DNA of 64,000 bases from Octopus bimaculoides (lineage: Eukaryota): the NCBI RefSeq assembly GCF_001194135.2, contig NC_068992.1, forward strand, positions 47,544,224 to 47,608,223, in the 5' to 3' direction. This document shows, one piece after another, positions 40,446 through 52,386 of this stretch; position 1 is the first letter of the stretch; each line of letters opens with the position of its first letter. The position numbers were made by a program, and so were the translations under genes. The notes under the pieces are model-generated. The model was not told where the DNA came from. It searched no databases and saw only the letters and a program-made list of their open reading frames with translations.

Positions 40446-40645
40446 AAGGCGGCGAGCAGGCAGAAATGTTAGCATGCTGGGTGAAATGCTTAGCGGTATT
40501 TCATCTGTCTTTACATTCTGAGTTCAGATTCCGCTGGGGTCGACTTTGACTTTCATCCTTTCAGGCTCGATGAATTAAGTACCAGTTGCATAATGGGGTT
40601 GATCTAATCTACTGGTCCCTTCCACCCAAAACTTTTGGGCCTTGA
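40446..40645 (+). mobile_element. tRNA-derived SINE family B
   Basis: AAGGCGGCGAGC.GGCAGAA...TTCTGAGTTCA.ATTCC...GTCGACTTTG.CTTTCATCCTTTC; many homologues within the window. Confidence 0.85.
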
Positions 40646-41162
40646 AAAGAATATCTCTATGTGTATGTGTGTATCTACTTTATTCATTTACTAATTTTAT
40701 ATTTTATTTCTCATACTGTTTACTACTATCTACTTCAGTCACTTATTTTTTCCCTTCCTTCATCTTTCTTACTTGCTTTCTTTCTGAAAATACTTATAAA
40801 TCACCTCCCCATGTGTTATGTATTCAGTTATTACATCTCTGTAACAGAATGCCATAAAGTGTTCCCCTGACAATCTATCGTGGTTACACATCCAAACACA
40901 CTCGGAACATCCAACGCTGAGCTCCCGATAACTGCAATGGGGAAATGTACGTAGGAACTAGATATCTATACTTGTGTTTATCTCAATTTTCTCTCTGTAT
41001 ATCATAAGTTGTAACACTGCTAAGTGCAGTTGTGGACTAACCACTATACTGAAAGCTGACTGGATAATGATAATCTGTGTAAACCTCTAACTCACACAAT
41101 AGTAGTCATACATCTAATTGCAGACACCACATGTATGTATGTATACATACATATATATACAT

Positions 41163-41197
<35 letters not shown>

Positions 41198-41224
41198 CAT
41201 ATGTATATATTTATACATACATAT

Positions 41225-41305
<81 letters not shown>

Positions 41306-42539
41306 CATACATATGAATATCAATGAGCAGCTGATAAGGGTACAACAAAAGACCTTACTTTCTATGAATGATATAAAGAAAAAAATTATAAATATATAAA
41401 TAATTGTAATCAAACAAGGGTCAGTATATAGAGTTCTTGTTTTTAGGTATCCAATGCGATTCTACCACAATATGTCTTCTTTTTTTTTTTTCTTCCTAAA
41501 ACAAATAGATCTTGAGTTCAAATCTACAACAGTAATTTTGCTGAGTCTGGGCAGCGCATGAAATTTGACATTATTTATGTAACCTAGATGTGAAGACAAA
41601 ATGCCCAATTAAAAAAACGAACAAAAAGGTCTCTTTTACCTTTTTCTATGCTTATTGGCTACCAACAACAACATTGTTTCCTCTCCCTCATTTTTACCAC
41701 CGTTTATCTTCTGGAGTTACAGGTAACAGGGATTTATCTCCCTACTAGTTATATTAACAAATGTGTATTTTGCACTAAAAAGCCGATATCAGTGTTTCTA
41801 TCATGGTAATCTCCACAGAATAGTTTGCTCTAACAGAACATTCACATTTTAAGCAGAGATAAATATTACCTCTCAGTATTACTACTGACTCCATTGCTAA
41901 TATAAATCTTTTGACCATGTAATATATATGATATAGTCAGATTTACCAGTTTTATCCTCCTGAATGAATTTCATCATTCAAATTATGCACTTGAACCAAT
42001 CCTTCCACCACAAACTACAACCGGATGGAACAAGGGCTACTTTTTTTTTTCCTATTTTACGTTACAAAAAAGACACCACCCAACAGAAGTTCAAAGTTAG
42101 TCATGAGGTCCATTGAACACATCAGTCTATGAGCACCAACAGAAACTGGTCAGATTTCACTTTCGATTCCTGACACAATTTAATAAAAACAAGATCCAGC
42201 AAGGTTTGACATTTTCCTAAGGAAATATTATCCATATGGAAAAATTCTGGTTTTTGAAATAAATAATATTATATTAGGAAATATCTTTTTCTTTTTTTTT
42301 TGTGGAATACAGACAAGACAACATATCTGAAATAGACAAGCCTGAAAGTCAAGATTCTGCACATATTTCTCTGCCACTTGATCAGAAGTCATTGATAATA
42401 TATGTACAACACAAATGTTTACCTGTATGTGTTCATGTTTAAACTATCACTGAGATAAATTTGCTTTTCATCCCATCAGGGTTGATATATTCTACAATAA
42501 GTGTCTCTGAAATTTGTGACCTTAAGCTTTATATTTGAT

Positions 42540-42775
<236 letters not shown>

Positions 42776-42776
42776 C

Positions 42777-43535
42777 GATAGGGCAGAAAGATGGCAGAAT
42801 TGTTAGAATGCAAAGCAAACTGTTTTGTGACATTTCGTCCATCTTTACATTCTGACCTCAAATTCTGCCGAGATTGACTTTGCCTTTTATTTTTTCAGGT
42901 TTAAGATAGATACCAGTGAAGCACTGGGATTGATGTAATCGATTCACCCCTTCCCCAAAATTTCAGGCCTTGTGCCCAAAATAGAAAGGATTATTATTGT
43001 CATTGATGAAACCCCAACCTTCAAAATTGCTGGCCTTGTGCCAAAATTTGAAACTATCGTTCTAATTACTTTTACCATTATTATTAAGACAGCAAGCTGG
43101 CAGAATTGTTAGTACACCGGACAAAACGCTTGGCAGCATTTCGTTGTGTCTTTATCCTTTAAGTTCAAATTCCCTTGAGGTCAACTTTACCTTTCATCCT
43201 TTCAGTGTTGATGCAAATAAGTACCAGTTGAGCACTAGAATTGATGTAGTGGACTTGCCCCTCCACTAAATTTCAAATCTTGTGCATATAACAAAGACGG
43301 ATTATTTTCATTATTATTATTGTAAGATGGTAAGCTGACAGAATCATTCGGCAAAATGCTTAGTAGCATTTTTTTTTATCAATTCTTTACATTCTGAGTT
43401 TAAACTCTGTTGAAGTTGATTTTACCTTTCATCCTTTCAGAGTCAATAAAATATTTCAGTCAAGCATTGGGGGTCAATGTAGTTGACTAGTTCCCTCCTG
43501 CAAAATGTCATGGTCTTGTGCCAATAGTAGAAAGG

Positions 43536-43575
<40 letters not shown>

Positions 43576-43810
43576 TATTATTGTTATGGCACTGAGCTTG
43601 CAAAATCATTTACTCATCAAGCAAAATGCTATCCAACATTTGTTCTAACTCTTTACATTCTCAGCTCAAATCCTGCTGAAGTGAAATTTGATTTCCATTC
43701 TTCTGAGTTTCATAAAAATAAAGTACCTCTCATATATTGGGGTTAATCTAGTCAACTTACCATGCACACGAAAATCTCAGACCTTATGACGGGATAAAAG
43801 CAACTATTAT
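42777..43810 (+). mobile_element. Four head-to-tail diverged SINE family B copies separated by (ATT)n
   Basis: Copies start near 42777, 43085, 43323 and 43583; each has the TTCTGAGTTCAAAT / CTTTCATCCTTTC / AAGTACCAG / CCTTGTGCC motifs or decayed variants. Confidence 0.8.
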
Positions 43811-44777
43811 TGATAATATTGTATTCTTTTGCCAACAGTCTCATGTAAGATTCCATTTCACTATCAAGTATACTTCCATGTTTGCAAGGTGTATTTATAG
43901 CATCATGTTTTGGGGGTGAGAAATGGGGTGGATTGGTCAGTTTTGCATTATTGCGAAATTTAGCTTGTTGCTTCTGGTGCTATTTTAACAATACATTTGT
44001 TGTTTAGACATGTGTTGATTGTTTAGACAAGTGTTGTAATTTGCTGAATGATGTTTGTATAATGCTTATGTGGATATGAATTGTACTGTATGATCATAGC
44101 TATGATCAACAAAAAAAAAAAAGTACTCAGGCCAGTAAGAGATAAACATTGTTTAACGAATACAGGAATTATAATTGAGCTACTTCGAGTTTCATGCTTG
44201 GATGGTGCAATAATCAAATCAGTTTGTAAAGCATGCTGCAAACAATCTGGCAATCGTTCAGGCTAAAAACAAAGCAAAAACAAAAGCTTAAATTATTGCT
44301 GCATCATGCATGGTACACTATACTGGTGTGTCTGATAATTGCACTATCCCATCATGAAACTTGAAGTAGCTCACATATAACTCTTGTAGTCATTAAATGA
44401 TATATATAGGGTTCCTTTAGGCTGAGGACTTACCAATCACTCTAGAGATGGTGGCAAGACGAAATGCAGCCAACCACAGAAACCAAACCTCAAAAATGAT
44501 ACGTACAAGCACCAGTGTATGAAAGCAGATTGCGATGACCCCACCAACCCATGCCAGCATGGAAGGTAGACATAAAATGATGATGGCAATATATCTGTAT
44601 GTATGTCTATTTATATACATATACGTAGGGATGATTATGAGTATGTGTGTCTTCATGACAGTGTGTGTGTGTGTGTGTGTGTATGTATTTTTTTTAGATA
44701 GATAGATAGATAGATATATAGATAGATAAAGATATGTATAGATGTGTACATGCATATATACATACATACATACATAC

Positions 44778-44828
<51 letters not shown>

Positions 44829-45282
44829 NNNNNNNNNNNNNNNNNNNNNNNNNNNNNNNNNNNNNNNNNNNNNNNNNNNNNNNNNNNNNNNNNNNNNNNN
44901 NNNNNNNNNNNNNNNNNNNNNNNNNNNNNNNNNNNNNNNNNNNNNNNNNNNNNNNNNNNNNNNNNNNNNNNNNNNNNNNNNNNNNNNNNNNNNNNNNNNN
45001 NNNNNNNNNNNNNNNNNNNNNNNNNNNNNNNNNNNNNNNNNATATATACACATCTATATATATGTATGTATATGTATATACACATATATATATATATATA
45101 TATACATCTATATAGATGTATGTATATGTATATATACATATGTGTATAATATATATGTATGTATAAATAAATAAATGAATATATATATGTATAAATATAT
45201 ATATATATATATATATATACACAAACATACATGTATGTATATATAAAATAGTGAAGTTGATCACAAAAAAATGTTCCATTAC

Positions 45283-45321
45283 CTGGAGTGTCTGCATTCC
45301 CCACCTCTACTGAATTTTCTC
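45283..45321 (-). CDS. Candidate 39-nt symmetric phase 1-1 exon ([14 protein letters not shown])
   Basis: Acceptor tttttCAG|G, donor CAG|GTAATG, length a multiple of 3, open in phase 1. Confidence 0.5.
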
Positions 45322-45360
45322 CTGAAAAACATGGTGTAAAAGAAACATATTTGAATTGTA

Positions 45361-45391
<31 letters not shown>

Positions 45392-45645
45392 TAGAAAGAA
45401 AGCGAGGAGAGAGAAAGAGAGAGGTGAGAGAGGAAAAGGAGGGGAAGGAGAGTGAGAGGCAATGGGACTGAGTGTGAGATGAAGATGGTGGGAGTGAGTG
45501 TAAAGGAGTGGTGAGAAGGTGGGAGATGGAGACTAATGGCTGTGAAACTTATGAGAGTTTGTCTATGTGTTTGTGTGTGTATGTATGTGCATGTATATGT
45601 GTGAGACAGTGGAGAGAGAAATATAGATGGATAGATAGATAGATG

Positions 45646-45682
<37 letters not shown>

Positions 45683-45884
45683 CTAAAACAGATTATGGGA
45701 AAAAGAGAGTGAAGGATAGGAACAAAAGTTAGATGAGAAGAGATAGATAGGGAAAGAGAGAGAGAGAGAGAGAGAGGTAATATATGAGAAAAAAAGAGAG
45801 AGAATATGGCTGACTAATTATGGATGTGTAAGATGGTGACAGAGTGATATGGAAAGAATATGACATTAAGAGTCATTAAGGGTG

Positions 45885-45935
<51 letters not shown>

Positions 45936-46224
45936 ATGAAAGAAAGAGAGAAACAGAAGAAAGAACAGCTGGAGAACTATATTATGTAGTGTGTAGAGAG
46001 ATAGTAGTGAGCCTATGTAATATGTGTACATATGTGTCTATATGTAGGTATTTGATTTTATAATAATAATTATACATATACATGTATGGTTTGATTCTTT
46101 TTCTGTGTAAAGTACTCAATACATATTCATGATCAGTTTTATAGAGTGATACACACGCACGCATACACACACACATGGTGGTTGTCTACTCCTTATGCAG
46201 AATCTGACCATTTCTTGTACTTAC

Positions 46225-46337
46225 ACCTTAGATCTATCCTGGCATCTAATGTGGCTTCTTAAACCAGACAATATTTTGAAAAGACACCCACATAAATAGC
46301 ATATCTGATTTGGACCACCAAGAGTTGCAGTTAAATT
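46225..46337 (-). mobile_element. Probable LINE ORF2 C-terminal zinc-finger-like remnant
   Basis: ICYLCGCLFKILSGLRSHIR resembles the CxxCxxxFxxxxGLxSHxR motif at the end of RTE/CR1-type ORF2. Confidence 0.3.
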
Positions 46338-46425
46338 CTGATTTTTGTGGATCTTAAAATGTCTTCTAAGAATTATTTACATTATTTACAATTGACGGAT
46401 ATTTGTCCTCATCTTGTTTGTTGTT

Positions 46426-46471
46426 AACACAACGTTTCGGCTGATATACCCTCTAGCCTTCATCAGGTGTC
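46426..46471 (-). ncRNA. Minimal type I hammerhead ribozyme-like motif (architecture intact)
   Basis: Minus strand GACAC-CUGAUGA-A-GGCU[AGAGGGUAUAUC]AGCC-GAAAC-GUU-GUGUU: 5-bp stem I, 4-bp stem II, palindromic ACGU stem III, GUU triplet. Confidence 0.55.
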
Positions 46472-46552
46472 TTGGGGAAATTTCGAACCTGGGTTCTCAT
46501 TCCTAAGGTATTTTTCGATGCTGTTGTATTATTATTGCAGATTAAATATCAA

Positions 46553-46995
46553 CAGGGCAGCAAACTGGCGGAATTTTTTGCTGCCCTGAACAAAATGTTA
46601 AACTGCATTTCTTCCAGTTTTACATTCTGACTTCAAATTCCGTTGAAGTCAATTTTGCCATTCATCCTTCCAGGGTCGATCAAATTGGTAACAGTTTAGC
46701 ACTGGGACTGATGTAATCTATTGACTCCCACTCCCCAAATTTCAGGCTTTGTGTCTAAAGTAAAAAGGATTCTTATTATTCTGTGGTGAGATGGCAGAAT
46801 CATTAGCGTACTGGATGAAAAGCTTAGTGGTATTTCACCTGTTGCTATGTTCTGAGTTTTAATTCCACTGAGGTCGACTTTGCCTTTCATCCTTTCGGGG
46901 TCAATAAATTGAGTACCAGTAAATCACTGGGGTCAATGTAATCGATTAGTACCAATCCCTCAAATTTCAGGCCTTGTGCCTATAGTAGAATGGAT
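46553..46995 (+). mobile_element. Tandem pair of SINE family B copies followed by (ATT)n
   Basis: Copies start near 46553 and 46786; same motifs as 40446-40645. Confidence 0.8.
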
Positions 46996-47009
46996 TATTT
47001 TTGTCATTG

Positions 47010-47091
<82 letters not shown>

Positions 47092-47913
47092 CATCATAGT
47101 AGGTGTAGTATGGCTGAATGGTTAAGAAGTTTGCTGTGAAACCATGATGTTCCAGGTTCAACTCCATTGCTAAGCATCTTGGGTTAAAGATTTTGCTTAT
47201 AGCTACGGGTTAACCCATAACTTGTGAGTGAATCTAAAAAGATAGAAACTGAACAGAGGCCTGTGAAATACTCAGCCATTTACAAAGTAATTCAGGAGCA
47301 GATGATTCAGTTGAGTGAACAATTGAAACCTCATTATAAATTGAAGGCAATCCACAACTGCTATTATTATTATTATTATTATTTTATTATTATCATCATC
47401 CTTCTTCTCATCATTTCAATAGCGTTACTTGTGTTGCATGTTTTTACTGCACAACCATATGCAATTCTGTGTTCAGGTATGTGCAGTGTTTTGCTTGTCT
47501 GTATTTCTAATGCATTGAAAGAAAGAGCTGTACAATGACTCAGCACTAAGAGAAAACAAAGGAACAATCATCAATTTTACAATACTGCCATTACTGTTGA
47601 AAGACTCTATTACCATGATGCAATGGTACTTTAGAAAATATAGATGCAAGGTGAGTAGAGTACAACATACAGAATATATTATTATGGAATGCTTTATTGT
47701 ATAGCAAATACTGAATAGATGTATATTTTCTATTTGCTATTAGTAACAGACTGTAACAAATTTGAGTGACAAAATTATTTCACTTTTTAGCTACAGTTTC
47801 TCTTTGTATCTGGATACAATGGAGACTTGAAAATTAGCTAGGTTTTGCATGATCAAAGGATAAAAATCTCAGACTCCTTCTCTGCTCAGTTGGTTTTCAA
47901 GTACTAAGCAGTC

Positions 47914-47989
<76 letters not shown>

Positions 47990-48772
47990 GTATGTATGTG
48001 TGTGTGTGTGTGTGTGGTTGTAATTAGAGAGAGAAGTGAAGTACCTACAATCAGGAATTACCTAACAACTAAGTTGTGTGAGTCACTTTGATAATGTGAT
48101 GTTGTTAAGTAATACTTCATCATGAAAGTGCCATGACAAGACACAGATAGGCTTCAAGACAAATGATAGATGTGTATTTATAGAACTGTAAATAATGGTT
48201 AATTATTAAGTTGCTGTTGATACAAGAACCTTGCTCTGTCAGCCTGAACACAGATTTCATGGTTGCTTTTATATATATATTTTTTTTATTTTTGGTAATA
48301 ATATACTGTCTCTGGTTTTGTAATATAATGATTATAATGAGGTAACTTTGCCTTCTGATGACAACCATAGCAGTGCAAAAGCCTTAATGTGGTTGCTCAA
48401 AATAGCAGCCAGATTATAACTTAGCCTCTTGGTAAAGAAAAAAAAAAATGAGAATGTAAGGACACATTGAATAATGTAGATGCAGATATACCAAAATATG
48501 GGTTAGTCATGATTAAAACTGCTTTGGTCATGGTTCTGCTCAATTATGACTGACCCGGCACAAAAAGCAACAACAACAACAAAACTACCATTATAACATG
48601 TTTACAATGTTGGAATATTTTTTGATTTAGTAAGAAATTTGGGTCAGTGGTTTTCAACTAGGATCCATATGACCTTTGAGGGGTCAGCATAAGATTTTGC
48701 TGTTAAAATTCATCTGCAATATATTAGTTACACTTCTATTATACACAAAACATTTTAACAAATTTTAACAAA

Positions 48773-49618
48773 TCAGTTGCGATGTGGTTGTTGGACTTTT
48801 TTTAAATCAAGATGTCCAGAAAAGGGAGCTGTTCATTGCTAAAATTAGTCCAACAACCACATCGCAACTGACATTTACTACAAACCAACAGACTCTAAGC
48901 AGTATCTCCTTTTCAGTTCATGCCATCCTAAACACACCAAAATAAATATTCCATTCAATCTAGCAAAAAGGATTTGTACGATTTTATCTGACACAACCAC
49001 TCGGGAACTTTGATTGCAAGAACTCAAAATAACACTCATCAAATGTCAATACCCAGCTACACTTATAGAACATGGAATTGAACGTGCCAAGAAATTGGAC
49101 ACAAACACACTAAAAACAACAAAACAAAACACCACACCTCACCTCAAATCACTCCCATACATATCAACCCTAGAAACAATGAAGCTTACAACACAATTAT
49201 ACAAAATCTCCCTCTGCTCACTCAAGACCCGAAAATGAACAGCATCCTAAATAAACACAAATTACTGAAATTTAAAAGACAAGACAAATCACTCAAGAGA
49301 CTCCTTACAAATGCAAAACTATACTCAATACATACAATACCAACAGTTAAAAAATGCAGACGACCCAATTGTGGTACATGCCCACACCTAACTGAAGGCT
49401 CGGAATTCACATTCCAGCAAAGACAAAAATTCTCAATCAAAACTAACTTCACATGTGCCTCCCACAACCTTATCTATGTCCTAACCTGCTCAGGTTGTGG
49501 CCATAACTATGTAGGCCAAACGAGCCTTTCTTTGTGCATAAGGAACAGATTCACTTCCCCCAGTACAGGCAAATTGCCCTGAGCGGACATATTGACAGAT
49601 GTGCAGGTGATAAAACGC
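48773..49618 (+). mobile_element. Penelope-like retroelement fragment: RT thumb + GIY-YIG endonuclease, inverted 5' segment
   Basis: TDIYYKPTDSKQYLLFSSCHPKHTKINIPFNLAKRI; CRRPNCGTC; FTCASHNLIYVLTCSGCGHNYVGQT; QYRQIALSGHIDRCAG. 48773-48846 encodes EQLPFLDILI on the minus strand. Stops and frameshifts are present. Confidence 0.9.
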
Positions 49619-49694
49619 CGAATTGGATTTTACAATGCCCATATAATATGTATATATTTATTTTAAATAAATAAAAAAAATATTAAACTATCAA

Positions 49695-49730
<36 letters not shown>

Positions 49731-49734
49731 CATA

Positions 49735-49890
49735 TATACGATGAACTTCTTTCACTTTCCATCTAGCAAATACACTCACAAGTCTTTGGTCAGCCCAAGG
49801 CTATAGAAGACTTGCCCAAAGTGCCACTCAGTGGGACTGAACTCAGGTCCATGTGGTTGTAAAGTAAACTTCTTACAACACAAGCACACC
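49735..49890 (-). mobile_element. SINE family A, diverged 5' half
   Basis: Aligns by eye to 17285-17450. Further decayed copies near 18815-18890, 35810-35960, 37765-37915, 47100-47260 and 53600-53760. Confidence 0.7.
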
Positions 49891-52344
49891 AGCGCTTATG
49901 TGAGGTATTTAATTCTACGATTACTATAGCATTTCATATTTGTGAGTTAATTTTATATTGCATTTTTAATGATAATTTCTTAAGTTTTTTCTTTTTATAA
50001 ACACACAGTCCTAAATACTCCCCAACAGTCAGGATAGGCAAAGTTGGAATGTCTTTGGCTATAAAGCTCTCAGCTTGGGCAGAGTTCATTCACTTAAAAC
50101 TAAACAACAACAAAAACCTATTACCGCAACAACTATAAGAACATCCCACTCACATTTTGATAAGAGATGTTCTTCATATGAGATTTGACTCTTTAGAAAG
50201 ACTGTCTTCACCATAAAAGAAATATGGTTAATTTGTAACAAACCACAACACACACAAAATTTCTTTAATAAATTTTTGAAAAATTTTGAAAATAAAATTA
50301 TCTTGAAGTTCCTAAACATAAAGATCAGACATAAATTTGGTAGAAATAATATAAAGAATAAATTCAAAATGTTATTTAATGGTTGAAATTGTCCCAGATA
50401 TGAAACTTTACTAGAAAAATGGTTGATGGCAGAAACTAGTTACAGGAAAGATATCAGGCTGTAAAATGATGTCTACATGGAAAAATGGATGTAACATAAA
50501 TGAACAAAGTTCTGAGTTCAAATCCTGCTGAAGTTGACTTTGCCTTCATTCTCACCAGGGGTGAGAGAGGAGAGGGGCAGAATATATTACCAGTAATGTA
50601 TTGTGGATCAGTTATCTATGTGATTGTATTTATTTACAACCAAGTGGACTGTGTTATTAAGGGTTAAGTATCTTAGTCATAGATACAGTGAATAAAACAG
50701 GATAGAATATAAAGTTTTAATGCTCTGGGAAATGCATGAATGTCACAATGTTGCCCATCAACCCACTCCACACACGTTTCCCACCACTCTCTCATTTGAT
50801 ATTTGATGAAGACATCATTAGTAAAAACAGCTTAGACATGCGACAGAAACTTTCTACAAACAGGTATATTAATAAATAATTTGTCTGATTCCTTCGTTAA
50901 CTTCAGTTTTGTTTTATTTTTGCATTCAGATTTTTTCACTTCTTTTTTTTCTTTTTTTGTACCCACAAATTAAATATAAAATGTTTTTCTTTCATGAATC
51001 TTAACTTAATCAACAATTACTTAATTGCTTAATTGAAAACAAATTGTTGAGATAAATTAAAATTTATTTCTGCTATTGTTGTTTTTAAGCTGATTCAAAT
51101 AAGAGAGTGAATGTGAGTTGAATGGATCACGTGATTAGAAATGAACTGTGTGTTCTTAGCTTATGAGATCAAATCTGGTGTGAAATCTGCAACATCAAAG
51201 AAGAGGTGTGGCCAGTTTACAACAGTTAATCACTTTACTGACCCTGGAAGGATGAAAATTAAAGGTCAAATCCAGTGGAATCTGAGCTGAGAATACACAG
51301 GAATGAATGTAAATAAAAAAGTTTACAACATCTAGTTCATTACTGTATCATTTCCACCAAATCCTCACTGTTTTGTAACATGCTGTCAATAATAATAACA
51401 ACAAAATAAAAATAAATATAATAATAATAATGGTCTGATGCAGTACTAGGCAGTGGCTCTCATGGCTTCTTATCTTAATTGATTGGAAGTGTTATCATGT
51501 ACATTGTTTTGTCTTGGTATAAAAGATGGGCTACAGCAAATATTCTGCTCAATATCACAGATTTGCTTGTCAACAGAACAGGGTCATCCCAGCAGGAATG
51601 TGTTTGATCCTAAGTCTTCTGAATCAGGATTAGCCAGGGGCCAAACAAAAATGACAACATGAGGATATGTGGTCTTTGGGAGAGTTTATTTAGCTGCAAG
51701 TATTTAGATCAGACTTCTCTCCCTGTTCCTACTTTGTCCACAGTTTTACGTACAGGTGATTAGGCTGGGTGGGCACCAGCTGCAAAAATTTGATCAGTCC
51801 ATCTGCTACAACAGTTTAGCCACTCAGAGAAAAGGGCATTGACTACATAAGTTTGACCAGTTTCAGATAAGCACATGAACTACAATAGTTTGACCAGTGT
51901 GAAAGTAGTGCACCAGCTGTATCACATTGGCCAGTCTCTCAAGAAGGATTCCAGTCACAGCAACTTTGACCATTTTGGAAATGGAAAGGAACAAAAAAAC
52001 TACATGTGTTGAGGTCACTGCCTTCCTAACTAACTAACCTACAAAAGATAAATAATAAAATATAGACAAAATAAAGAAACAATTCCATCAACAAAGAATT
52101 GAACCTAGTTCACAGGGTTGTAAGAAGTTTGTATACGACTTGCTCAGCAAATTGTTGGAAGTTATACTTATCCTCCTACTAGCCTGAGTTATCCTCCTAC
52201 CACTTCTTGAGTTCAATGTTCTGGAGCTTAGCAAATTGAATAAAAACCATATAAAACTTTATATTTTATTGGAATATCGTTTTTGTTTTATTCACCTCAT
52301 TAGCAATTTTATCTCCCAAGTCAAGGGATTAAGTTGATGAAAGT

Positions 52345-52386
<42 letters not shown>

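Noticed and set aside
40830-40934. Minus-strand acceptor (ttccccattgcAG) with open frames, inside the candidate GPI-gene intron
   Set aside because: No good donor in a compatible phase. It could be an alternative last exon, but nothing supports that.
47520-47660. + strand open frame ending at AAG|GTGAGT
   Set aside because: No credible acceptor, and no partner exons identified.
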